Source: Lytechinus pictus (lineage: Eukaryota). Taken from it: a stretch of DNA of 64,000 nucleotides. Of this stretch, positions 24,209-36,866 are shown in pieces (within the stretch, counting starts at the first letter, position 1; the number at the start of each line of letters is the position of its first letter). The stretch lies in the NCBI RefSeq assembly GCF_037042905.1, contig NC_087249.1, positions 7,628,001 to 7,692,000 on the forward strand, written 5' to 3'. The notes beneath the pieces are model-generated. The model saw only the letters and a list, made by a program, of their open reading frames with translations, made no database searches and had not been told where the DNA came from. The translations under genes were made by a program, and so were the position numbers.

Positions 24209-27200
24209 TATAACAACAACCACTGCCTGTGCCCCCCCCCCCCTTTGGAGAAGCACAATTAAAATTTGTAATGTAGAAATGCCGTTAAAAACAGAAGTGT
24301 GCCCCCCCCCCTTTGAAAGTGAAGACCTTTTTTTTTTGCTTGTCAAATTTTTTCGTGGACGAAATCCCCTTAATTTTTGGTTAAAACCTTTTTTCTCTCT
24401 CTTTTGCTTGTCAAATTTTTACTTGGGAAAATGTGCCCCCCCCCCTTTGGAAAAATCCTGGATCCGCTCCTGACAACAACATATTACATACCACATTTTT
24501 TTATGCATCAGCAAGCAAAAATGTGTTGGTAACTGACATTACGCAAAAGGACATGCAATTTCAGGGTGCTCATTGAAATTGAAATATCTCATGTCCCTGA
24601 GTAGATAGAGTAATAATTTGAATATGTAAATATACCTCTGTTACTAGGTTAAGATGTGTCAAAATATTAAACAATTTGTTTTTGTCTTTTGGGGGCTATG
24701 ATAATTTTTCCACAACCATGCTGGTAACTGACATTACGGTAACTGACATTACACTTAGTTTGCCATAGAGATAACACATGGAAGTCAAATGTGTGGAATC
24801 ATTGCATTGTATCTTCTGTGCAGGGCTTCACATGAAAGTGAGCTTGATGTGGAAGTATACCCGAGTTTCTAGGAACATTTCAATGAAAAAACTTTTTCTT
24901 TTTCTTAATTCCTTTCTTTGATTTGAACATTTTTATCATTACTTGTCGGTAACTGACAATACACATTAACATTTACCAGTGCTATATGATTTTCAAAGGC
25001 ATAATTTTATTGGTACTCATGCAGCCATGTACATGTAGTTTTAATTGATTTCTATTCTGGTCAGTGCAAGCAATGCTTGTTCATATCTGTCGGATTTCAA
25101 TTCTCTTCATAATTTGTTTAATCATTTTCTTTGCTAATTTCTTTTTTAAGCTGTCAACAAAAAATAAACTCCAGCTTCTAAACTGAAACTGAACTATTTG
25201 TAAATTAGAAAAAAAAAACAGTTTTAGTAGATCCATGCAACATAGATCAGAACTGTCAAATTTCACTTTTCATCTATACTTGTAAACCAAAAACAAAATT
25301 GTATCACACACCCACACTACTATTAACAGACCTGTATAAAAACTAGGAATTTACTTCTAGCGAGGCAATGCTCAAAAGAATCCTAGAAACTAAAAAAGGG
25401 ACCCTGGAAATCCCCTTCATCACAATGTTAAGCTTAAAAAATGTTGCAGATTTAGGCAATAGGTTGGGAAAAGTACCCCCTACCCCCCCCCCCCCCCCCC
25501 CCGAAAACCAAACAAAAAATTGTCTGATACAAACAATTAGGTACTTGGGAAGTGAATGTACAAAACAATTTCATAGTAATTTTCTTTGCACGATGGGAAT
25601 GCAACTTCCTTCATAATTTCATATAGTATTCCTTGTGAACTATACCTTTTAAAGTCAAAAGCAAGCTCCTTCTGGTGTGACTTTTAAAGTGAAAGACTTA
25701 AATAACAAGTATACAATATTTCTTCACCATAAAATTGACCACATATTTGCATTTCAATATTGGTAACTAACGTTTTATCATGGTAACTGACATTACATAT
25801 CGGTAACTGACATTAAATATATTTAATGGTCCCCTTTGGCTTGATTGTTAATTGGTAATCTTTAATTTTGGTGTAGAAGGGAGGGTGTTACCTAGAGAGG
25901 AAATCTACCAAGTTTCATATAATATATCCTCTTTTCCAGGAAATGAGAAAAAAAGTTCATGTTTTCAGTAACTGACATTACATACCATATCACATACTTC
26001 ATCAATGTTTTTTTATCAGATGAATGAATTACTTGTGTTTCTTTTTGTGGGATTTTAAAAAGAGTTATAATAGCAAGCTAAATCACAGGCGAAAACATCA
26101 TGATCAAACCTGTTCTTTAAAAATCTGTCAAAACAAAATATGTATCAATATACTATTTTCAACACTAATTTGTATCCATACTTTGGCAGCCATTTTGAAA
26201 TAAAAAATGGCTGCCAGAGTAGGAAAAAAAATTTGTCTCAGAAACTTCAGGTCTTGTTTTATTAAAAAACATAAAGCCTTCGCCATGAATATCAACTAGA
26301 TTTTTTTGCCTCTGTGTCCATCTGTGGTGAAAATGCCCTAAATCTGATAAGTTACTGATGATAAAATGTGCTTAAATCTTTATAATGCTGATGTCACTGC
26401 ATATTGAATCTACTACGTACATAAAGTATACTGTACTTCAATGACATGCAGGTGAATAAAAGTTTTCAGGATAAATATATATTTTTTTTCAATTATCATT
26501 CACTATGGAAGCATAAGATTTCTTGGAAGTAAATTAAACATTTTACAAAGTATCCATAAACACTTTACCATCAAAATAATAACAATCTTTACAGAAATGC
26601 CAACATAGTATTAAAACTTCAGAAAATCAAAAGAGAAATTTGGCTTACATACAGTATGTTCATGTGCACATAGGAACAATGGGTATCAATTGAAAGGGTA
26701 GGCCTACTAAACTTCAAAATTTTAGTCAACAACGATCAACTTTGAATTACATGCCATTCAGTTTCAGTTTTATTTTTTCATATTTCCAACAAAACAGTAG
26801 ACAAAATCCATCATAAATACAGCTTTAACAATTGAAATGTAATAAAGATACATGTAACGCAATATATATACCGGTATATATTCATCTTAATTATACATTT
26901 GAAACTTAATATGGATCAATAAATATTTGTGGCTGGAAATAACATGCTGGAAATGGAGAGGTCCACTGTGAAGCTGTGCTTGTAAATCGTGGACCCCTCA
27001 AATCAAATTATTTACCAATATTAAATTACATAATTAGAATAATGATAGTGGCCAAAAGAGGGGAAGAAAAATGTGAAATAAACAATAACATATTGCATGA
27101 AATGAGTAATTTACGAAGAATAACAAGGAGAGACAATGAGGAGAACATATCTGCATGTGGACTAAAATAAGAAAATGTTTCACAGGTGATGTATGAAGAG

Positions 27201-27286
27201 TATGAAGTTAACGCGCATGATTCAAAATTTGGTGCGATGTTAAAGGGCAAGTACAAGAATTCGCGCGCGTTATGTATGCGCATACA

Positions 27287-27438
27287 TTCGTAATTCCGAA
27301 GCTTCGTTATTCCGAAGGTTCGGATATTCCGAAGGTTCGTATTTCCGAAGGTTCGTAAGTCCGAAAAAAACGAAATGAGGTTCGTAATTCCGAAGGTTTG
27401 TTAGTCTGAAAACAAAGTGAGGTCGTAACTCCGAAGAT
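27287..27438. repeat. Short tandem array of TTCGTAATTCCGAAGG-like units
   Basis: About 7 degenerate copies with a 16-bp core. Confidence 0.8.
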
Positions 27439-30257
27439 CTTCCCGGTGAGTAGCTGTACAAATAAATATATTAAAATTTTAAGCATTGATATTTAAAAAA
27501 AAATAGCAAAATAGCTTTATACCTCGGCCTGAAAAGTGGTTTGGCATGTCTCTTCCATGGAATTAAAGAAAAGCCTGGTGGTGGCGCTACTAAATACCTA
27601 ACTGTCTAAATTCATTGTATCCGCAATTCCTATGATTGTTTGATAAAATATGGACACAATAAATGCAATACCTTCAAAACATACTTTTAATAGATTATTA
27701 TTACTGATAACACTTTTTTGGAAATCATTCAAATCAAAGCGAAGACAAATTAACAAAAAATATAAATATTCTATGTGCCTTGAACGAAACCAGCAATGCG
27801 ATCCTTTGTTGGTTTGTCAACAAACGGTCCACCAAAGTCTAAACAATGAAAAGACTGGACACTTCGCCGACTTCACATAACGCTTTGCATCGATTTGCAT
27901 GTAAAACAGTTTCAGTGCCTAGTCTTTCCCTTGTAAGTATGTTGTAGTGTCTTTGATAATGATATGAATATAAATCGCACGCCCTCCTTAGTCGAAAATT
28001 GCTGTTCCGAGAGGGGCAAGAACATCAACAGCAAGGAAAATATTCTTCACTCAAAAGTCAAGTCCAAAAAAAAGTCACCAAAGAGACTTCATATCAATTA
28101 TCATTCAGTAAGTGAAATAGAACAATTTGATTATAAATATTTTAGATTTTGTCACTCGGTCAAAAGGTTTCTAATTTCGCGCAAGCTAATGGACATGACT
28201 GATTGAAGTTGATTGGAAGTGATCCATGATCTGGACTCCAGCCTCCAGGAATCTCAAAAAAAGAAGGGGAGGGAATAGATGGATCAGCTAAAAGGAGAGA
28301 GTTGAATGCGTCATGCCTTGATTTTCCTGTGCATGGCGGCAGGTAATGAAGGTATGGGTGCTGGTAGACCAAAAGCTTCGGTCTCTGTTATGTTGGTTGT
28401 TCCGCTGAACTCCGTTGGCTCCACTCACCAATTACAGAGACTGTAGTTCTGAAGTTATAGCTCGATCTGTACAGGGACTCAATGGCCATTATATGTTTAT
28501 AAATATTTTGGATCAACCAGGGAAGTGAGAGTTGCGCGACAGCCGAAGCTAAGTAAGTCACTGTTTTTTTTTCCTTTTAAGTTTATTTTTCCTGTTTTGG
28601 TGCATTTCAGACCAAAAACGGAATAATAATCTTTATTTTGGTACAGTTCTTTTTACATATTTTTATGAAATAAAGACAAAAATCGATGAGCCCCATCGGG
28701 GGGATGTTGTGTTGTTAACCCCCTAATGGTTGCTGCACGATAGCCACTCACACGTATTACTAACCTCGCACTACGAACATGTTTACGCAACGGATTTTAG
28801 AGTTGTCGGTTAACATCGCTTCATAACGCGAATAATGTTAGACAAACCTCATTTCGCTACTCACCAGGGCTTTTTCTGGTGAAAAGCGTTCCATTTTCAA
28901 TTTTACAAATATTTTTTATGCAAAAAGCATATAAAAAAGAGCAAAATCGCTTACCTCGGTCTGGAAAGTTGCTTCGCATGTCTCTTCCCCGGAAATAAAA
29001 GGAAGGTCGTTGGTGGCGCTAATACAATTCACAACCTTAATTCAGCTTTTCGGTATTTTTCTAACTAGATTCTTGATTCACTGTATGCGCAATTCCAATG
29101 ATTGTTTGATAAAATAGAGACACCAATAAACGCAATAACTTAAAAAACATACTTTTTATATTATTTTTGCTGACAATAATACTTTTTGGAAAATATTCAA
29201 AGCGATGACAATTAAACAAAAAATATAGACAATTCTAAGTATCTTGAATGAAGCCCTGCAAGTGCTACCATTCGTTTGTCAATTAAAGTTCCACCAAAGT
29301 CTTTACAGTAAAAAGATTGGACACTTTGCCGACTTCGCGTAATGCTTTGCATCGATTTACATGTTCGTGTAAATAGTTTTTTTGCCTAGTCTTTCCCTTG
29401 TAGGGTCTTTGATATGAAGATAAATCGCGCGCCCTCTTTAGCTCATTAGACAAAAAATTTGGAAATCGCAAGCTCGCTCCGTATTTTGTCAACGAAAAGA
29501 AAAATCAACGCTTATATGATGCTGTTAGAGGGATATTCATCATATTAGGGGGAATTGACTTCACATCGTTCGGTAAGCTTCGTAGGACTTGATTCTGTTT
29601 GCGGGAGTTTGTTGCAATTTTGCATGCGCCGTGCCTTCAATTTTCCTGTACACAGCGGCAGTAATGCACCCATGGGTGCACGATAGCGAGCCGTCTGTGT
29701 GCGAGGAGAAATTAAAAAAAAAATTTAATGTTTAAAAACGGAAAGATATGCACCCCTCACCAAAAATAACAAAAGATTGTTGAGACTTCCGGTTCGTTCA
29801 CCTCAGATTTTTCTATCATTTTTTTACCGTTGCTTACCTTAGTTGGGACTCAAACTCACCTCATTTTATCTGCACTCAAGACCTCTTCCCGCTATGCTAG
29901 CGACGAGAAGCTGATACCGGAAGGGGTATTTTAACGATTATCAGCCGATAGTTCGACTAGTCTAGACTCACAGACCCTTTACTGACTAAATAAATAAAAT
30001 GTCTATGGACAATTTACACGCACTAGATCCTGCTCGATATTTGACGGAATAAAGCCATATTTTGGTATGTATTTCCACTCCAGCTCCCCCATCATATATG
30101 TTATGGCTAGATATATTATTCTGAACCTTCTCCATGTTTTTATTGTCAATTTTAGTGGGGGGTGCATATGGAACGCTTACCTAAAAAAACTCCTCGAAAC
30201 AGACGGCTGCCAGCTGTCTAGGGTACGTGCTGGGTGCCTGGCCTGGCTAGTCACCCC

Positions 30258-30359
30258 TAGCCTGGAGGCGTCTGGAGAGTAAAAATCATGGTACTATACG
30301 TACCCTAGTGAGGGTACGTATAGTACCATGATTTTTACTCTCCAGACGCCTCCAGGCTA
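30258..30359. mobile_element. Perfect palindromic hAT-like MITE, 8-bp TSD GTCACCCC
   Basis: 49-bp perfect arms, 4-nt loop, TAGCCTGG...CCAGGCTA termini. Confidence 0.88.
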
Positions 30360-31055
30360 GTCACCCCATCATACAGCACTCGGTCTCGGCAGCAAGTAGA
30401 CCAAAAGCTTCGGTCTCTGTTATGTTGGTTGTTCAGCTGAACTCCGTTGGCTTCACTCACCAAATACAGAGACCGAAGTTCTAGCGCGATCTGTACAGGG
30501 GACTCAATGGCCATATGTTTATGTGTATTAAGTTCGGATAAAACAGGGCAGTGAAGTTGCGCGACAGCGGAGGTAAGTCACTGTTTTTGTTCCTTTTAAC
30601 TTGATTTTCCCCGTTTTTTGGCAATTAATGCCAAGAGGGAATATTAATTTGCATTTCGGTCGCGTTAATTTTCAAAAGTTTGATTCATTAAAGACAAAAA
30701 TTGAAGAGCCCCGACGGGGGGATTTTGCATTGTAAGTACCCTAAATATGGTGGCTGCACGATAGCGAGCCGTCTGTGTATGAGGAGAAATTAAAAAAAAA
30801 AAAAAATGTTAAAAAACTCCTCGAAACAGACGGCTGCCAGCTGTCTAGGCAGCAAGCAGCTACACACTACACAGATTACACCGCAACGGCCGGGGCAAAT
30901 CACGCCTGATCTGACCGGGTCAGGCGTGTCCCGGGCCACGAAGAATTAAGTTGTTCGTCTGCTGCAGCTGCTGATCGTTTCACACACTTCCATTCAGTCA
31001 TTTCACCCAACAGAAATATATAGGATTCAATTATAGCAAGTCGATTTACACCTAC

Positions 31056-31230
31056 CTTGATTTGGGTTCGTTCCCGTTCCTACTACACGAAAACGATGCT
31101 CAGCCTCAGCTGGTACCTGGTGAGTGGTAGAAAAGTATGGCATTAGGCTATAAATATATACGAGAAAAACCTGTGCCATTGAAATTGGTCATGTGATTTA
31201 CGATCACAACAAGTCACGTGATGTGGGCTC
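31056..31230 (-). promoter_or_regulatory. Putative MFSD12 promoter and non-coding first exon with M-box (GTCATGTGAT 31188-31197) and CLEAR/E-box (GTCACGTGAT 31213-31222)
   Basis: CpG-rich non-repetitive patch, minus-strand donor CAAG|GTAGGT at 31055, and two MiT/TFE-type motifs. Assignment to MFSD12 is inferred. Confidence 0.55.
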
Positions 31231-31860
31231 AGTCATCACGATCGACCGCCCGCGACAGGTTGTTCGTCCATTCGCACTTTCGTTATTCCTGTTACGTAAT
31301 TTTGGTGTTAATGATACTGCTCTTTCATGTCCGATTTGGGGAGAGCATAACATTTACCTTTGTTTTGGTCATGACTACGCATATTTTCTCTATCACGCGT
31401 GGGTGAATGAATCGAAGCAATATGTACGTTGCCAGTAAAGTGAGAGATATAGGCCTATAATGATTAAATTTTATGGCGGTATATCAAAATCATATTTTTC
31501 TCACTTGTTGTGCTTGCTAATGGAAATCCACATTAGCCTAAGGACAAAAATTTAGGCAGCGATCAATAATATTCCAGCATCGATCATGATGTCAATTATG
31601 ATAATTCTTCATGTAGGGCCTACACATGCAGCGATCTGCATGCTAGAATTTAATACAGATGAGTTTGGATCGACGTGCATGCCTATATCAGGGGCCGCCA
31701 GCGGGGGCCGCCAGCGGGGGGGGGGGGGGGGTCTGATGGCTTCAGCCCCCCCCCCCACTTTTTCCAAAACTGTGTACAAAAACGTAAAAATGGCCATATG
31801 ATTGTGATTTTTTCGTCTTTTTACTCCTTTTTACTTGGTCAGCCCCCTGTATATGGATAT

Positions 31861-33420
31861 GAAGAGTTTAGCCGTTGCAAAACTGGGGTTAGGTCATTCA
31901 TTCATTCAAACGTAAACTCAAACTTATCTTGCTTCATTCCTATAATTCTTCGCAACGGAACTAAGACATCATTATCTTGATTATCATCCTTACATTTTTC
32001 ATTTTTATTGTTTTATCTTTCTTTCATCTTATATTGTCTAGTTATATCATCTTTTGTTACTTCACCAGATCGAGCTGGTTTGTGGTCAGCCCTTCCCCAT
32101 TCTGACTTATCCTCCTTTTATTTTATTGTTTTACTTATTATGTTATCATGTCTTGTACTGTCCTGTGTCTTGTTTTGTCTTGTCTTCTATGTCTTGTCAT
32201 TCCCTCTCTCTTTCTGCTTTTTCTTCTGTCTATTGCACAACATATCCTTCACAGCGAAGACCTCTTTGTGTGAATAACTTTGCACTTGTTTTGTAATTAT
32301 GTTTACATCAATATGATTTCGACCTTTTTGTTCCTTCTCTTTTTTCTTTCCTGTATATAAACGCATATATGAATAAGTCGATTATATTTTCTTCATTTCC
32401 AAGGGGGATCCACACTTTACAAGCTTTGCTTTTTAGTGGACCCCCCTCATTTCCATTTATGCTCAATATTATACTGCTTTTTGTTTTACGAAGTAAGAAT
32501 GCTCGTGTGTAAAATTGTAATCAAATACAGATTTGTATTACTTTTTTTTTTTTTTTTTTTTAAATTTATATTACTTTGTATTATGTTTTGAATGGAAATG
32601 GAAAATAAAGAATTGAATTGAAAGGTCCACTTTGGACCATTCCTAGAAAAACCATGATTTTTATTCTCACTTATTGCGATATTCTTATGAGAAACTAAAT
32701 TGTCAAGATGTACTACCCTATCATGTGAACATAAAATTGGGAATAAAAGAAATCTACCTGTCTTCAATTTTTTTATAAATATTTATAAAAAAAAATTATC
32801 ATTGTGGACCTAACCCCTTTTGCAAGTAAACTGAAATGAATCGAATCTCTTTTGATTAAAAAGTGATTTTTCTTTGCCACTTTCATTCACGTTTTCATTT
32901 GAATTTATAATTGTCTCTGGTATCATCAGAGTGACTAAAACTTTAGAGGTTTAGAGACAGAAAACAATAAAATTTATGAAAAATGGACCTAACCCCTTTT
33001 GACAAATGAGTTCTTTACAAGAGTTTAGTTGCAAAAAGGGTTAGGTCCACTCCAAGAAAATCGTTTTTTTAATTTTCCCATATTGCAATATTCTTATGCG
33101 AAACTGAATTTTCACGATACCCTACCATGAGAACATAAAATTGGGTATAAAAGAAATCTACCTGTCTTCATATTTTTTAAAGATATTCTTTTCCAAAAAA
33201 ACTACGTGTGGACTTAACCCCTTTTGCAACTAAACTGAAATGGACCTAACTCCTTTTGAAAAAAAAGTGATTTTTCTTTGCCATTTTAGTTCACTTTTTA
33301 ATAGGAATTTCAACTTTTCTTTGGTATCATCTTATAGAGCTACTAAAAATCTATACAATAAGACATAAAAATCAAATTTGATAAAAAATGGACCTAACTC
33401 CTTTTGCAATAGAGTTCTTC
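31861..33420. mobile_element. Sola-like non-autonomous element with ATAT TSD, interrupted by a LINE 3' end (about 31897-32622)
   Basis: ATAT|GAAGA...TCTTC|ATAT, repeated GGACCTAACCCCTTTT motifs; the insert ends aataaagaattgaattgaa with AGGTC duplicated. Confidence 0.6.
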
Positions 33421-33934
33421 ATATGTATATCCCTATATATAGCCATTTACATTTTAAAGAAAACACATATGTTGAGTTGATTCACTTCATCTTGAAAAGG
33501 AACTTTTTCGGAAAGGAGGAAAGTGCTATAAAGTAATATTCTTCATAAATATTCATTTCGATATCTCAGCTTTTGCAGCATTCTTTGATATATTATGATA
33601 ATGATACAACACATACAATGTCCTATTAATATAGGACGAAAATATAAAAAAATGAAGAATTTTTTAACGCATTAATACACATACACCCCCTCCCTCCCTC
33701 CCCCTTTCTCCCTCCCTCCCCTTCCCTTCCTCCCTTTCTCCCTCCCTCCCTAGGACCCTTTCTCTTTCATTATCTGCTGACCTCTTCCTTACATTTATAT
33801 CTATGCATTCGTTGCTTTTATTGGACCCCTCATTTATTGCTTTATTTTTCATGCAACATATTACCCCCCCCCCCCCGACCATCTACTACTTTCTCCATGA
33901 TCTTTCTTTCTCTCCTCTGCCTCCTACCCTTATC

Positions 33935-34085
33935 TCACCACCACCATCATCGTCGATCATCATCATCATTATCATCATCACCACCATCATCATCATCATC
34001 ATCATTATCATTATCATCATATCATCATATCATCATCATCATATCATCATCATCATATCATCATCATCATCATCAACACCACCAG
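33935..34085. repeat. (CAT)n microsatellite; also (CA)n at 6552-6590 and (GAT)n at 53318-53395
   Basis: Direct observation. Confidence 0.95.
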
Positions 34086-34777
34086 CAGAAGTGGCGTATA
34101 CGTGGTATGCCCCCCCCCCCTCCCCAATCGGATGGAAAAAACGAGAGAAAAGGGAGCGAAAGAGGCTTTGGGAGAAAGAATTCAAATGGAAAAGGGAAAT
34201 AAAATAAAAAATTCTCAGAATCTTATTAAAACATTATTTGCTAATTAGGGCATACGTGTTCACTCCTCCAGGTACCATATGGGATACATTATCCCCATCA
34301 AAGAGGATTAAATGGCGGTTAAACAATTCCGTTTTTCAAGTTGTATATAAAACAAATACTTCTCCCCAGGCTCAGAGTTTTCCCGCCCTTTCACACGGAA
34401 AAAAAAATCGTAATTCGAATGATGATTCCAGTGAAAAATAAGGCTATAATGACGATTTTTTAACACGTGTGAAACCAAACTAGAACATGATTAGAATCAC
34501 GAACGCTAATCACAATTACGAATTTGAATTCTACTCTGGAGGTAAATTCCAATTAAGTTTCACTCATATTACGGTACGAATTTGACGTGTGAAAGACTTG
34601 ACCTCCAAAACACCTTTTGGAACGGAGCTTTCTTGACCTTTTAAGCATTTCCGTAGATAATTTCCATGCACTCATCGTAGTTTGTACTTGCGATGCAGTG
34701 CTTTGATTGACAGTCACTAAAGGACACATAGGACCTTTTCACACATGAATCTTGAATCATCATTGTAATGATGATTG

Positions 34778-36866
34778 CATAGGCGGATCCAGGGGGGCGA
34801 GGGCACCCCCCACCCCCCACCCCTATTGGCGGAGCAAAAAATAAAAAAAAAAGGAAAGAAAGAAATTAAAAAAAGGAGGGAAAAGAGAGGAGAAAAGAGA
34901 AGAGGAGGAAGACGAGCTAGTGAATAAAATAAGATGAGGGAAAGGCTTGGAAAATAAAAAGAATCTTCATGTCACTATATAAAATTTTCGCTCGCGCTTC
35001 GCGCTCGCATTGCCTGTTAGGCGATTTTCATATCTTGTTCAATATGGAGTTTGAATATCAAGTTTGGAAGTCAATATACAAAACATATTTCACCTCGGAA
35101 ATCGAACTTTCATTATTTTGTGTGATTTACAAATTGATTTTTTAAAAGTGCTCTGTAAAAATGTCAGTTTTATGGTCTGAATATTAACATTTTCTGCTCG
35201 CGCTGCGCACTCGCAAATTTTGATTTATCAGTTACCTATTATTTTCTTGTATTCCGTAAAGTTTTCAAAATATCCCTTTTCAGGTATGATTGTCAAAACG
35301 TATCAAATAGCGCTGCGCTCCCATTTTGATTGGATAGTTATGTATGTATCAATATTGATTATACAACAAACTACTTCAAGTCCACTTTAATGACAGTTTG
35401 TCAACAAATTCGGCTCGCGATTTGCGCTCGCATTAATGGTTAAAAATATATTAACTGATGCATCCTATTTATGATTACAAAAGTGCTTGAAATGTCCAGG
35501 TTTTAGGCCATAATATCATCAGATTTCGTGGCCTCATTAGGCATTAATGAGTAAGATATTAATTTAGAAATTAAATTGTCCCTTTTGTTTTATCTCGCGC
35601 TTAGCAAAAGGAATCACAGGTAGATAGTCATCATTTTCATATGATGACATGTCTTAACTCCTAAGGATGTCCCGGTCCTATATATGTCAAAACTCAAAGT
35701 AATAATAATGGAACATATCAGCTCTTTATTAAGTGCGATCCATATCCACCTCACAATTTTCCTTGAAATATAAAGTAGAAATTGACTCTTTTTTCAGTCG
35801 GAATATCAAATAGTTTAAACTATTTAAATCATTATCCAGTTTCAGATCACAATATCAAAAATTGTTTGCTCGCGCTTTGTGCTCTCATTATCAATGTAGG
35901 AAGATCCCTTATTACTCATTCTTTTCATGATTTACAAAACATAAACAGAGCGTCCCGTTTTTAGGTCTAAACCTCGATTTTTCGGCTGGCGCTTTGCGCT
36001 CGCATGAATTGTTTAGTTATATAGCTATCCTGTTCACGATTACAAAAATTGATTAAAATTTTCTATTCTTTATGTAGAAATGTCAAAATATTTCAGTACG
36101 CGCTTTGCGCTCGCATTATTTGATTGTTGAAATATGTAACGTCTTCATGGCTAAGTGCAAGCAGTCCTTAACAGGTACCTTTTCGATCACTTGAAAATAT
36201 ATACATATAAAAAATTTCCTGCTCGCGCTTTGCGCTCGCATTATCAATGTAAGGAAGATCCCCAATTACTCATCCTTTTCATGATTTACAAAACATGAAT
36301 AGAGTGTCTCGTTCAGAAAGTCTAAATCTCGAAATTTTCCGATCGCGCTTCGCGCTTGCACCATTTGTTTAGTTATATACCTATTCTGTTAAAGTTATAA
36401 AAGTGCTAAGAATTTCCATTCTGTAGGTAAAAATGTCAAAAAATTTCAGCTCGCGCTTCGCGCTCGCATTATTCGATTTTTAAAGTATTTAACGTCTTCA
36501 TGTCTAACTGCAAACAGTCTTTAAGAGGTACCTTTTCCATCGGTTCATTTCTGCTCGCGCTTCGCGTTCGTAGTAATTATTTAATTGCATACACATCTTT
36601 TTCAGGATAACAAACATTGGCCAGAATGTTCAAAATTTAGGAAAAATACATAAAATTTCAAAAAAAATAGCTCGCGCTTCGCGCTCGCATTATATAAATA
36701 ATGATTACGATATTATATATTTATGTAGATTTATAAGAATAAAACTAAGAAGTGACTATGACTACCCCCTTCAAAGAAACCAAAAATCATCTTCGAGCGG
36801 CGGGGAAAATATGGCTGAAAAAAATTCCGCCCCCCCCCCTATTGGCGAAGGCTGGATCCGCCCCTG
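34778..36866. mobile_element. hAT-like non-autonomous element with 5-bp TSD, nested in a Harbinger-like MITE (about 34730-37157)
   Basis: TIR CATAGGCGGATCCAG / CTGGATCCGCCCCTG with GATTG duplicated on both sides. Short relatives at 4266-4414, 5586-5793, 24221-24472 and 31689-31849. Confidence 0.8.

Noticed and set aside
33803..34207. ORFs with poly-Ile/His/Ser
   Set aside because: Translation of a (CAT)n microsatellite.
34980..36700. Repeat-spacer pattern resembling a CRISPR array
   Set aside because: Eukaryotic context, degenerate repeats, spacers of about 100 bp homologous to each other, no cas genes, and enclosure by transposon TIRs.
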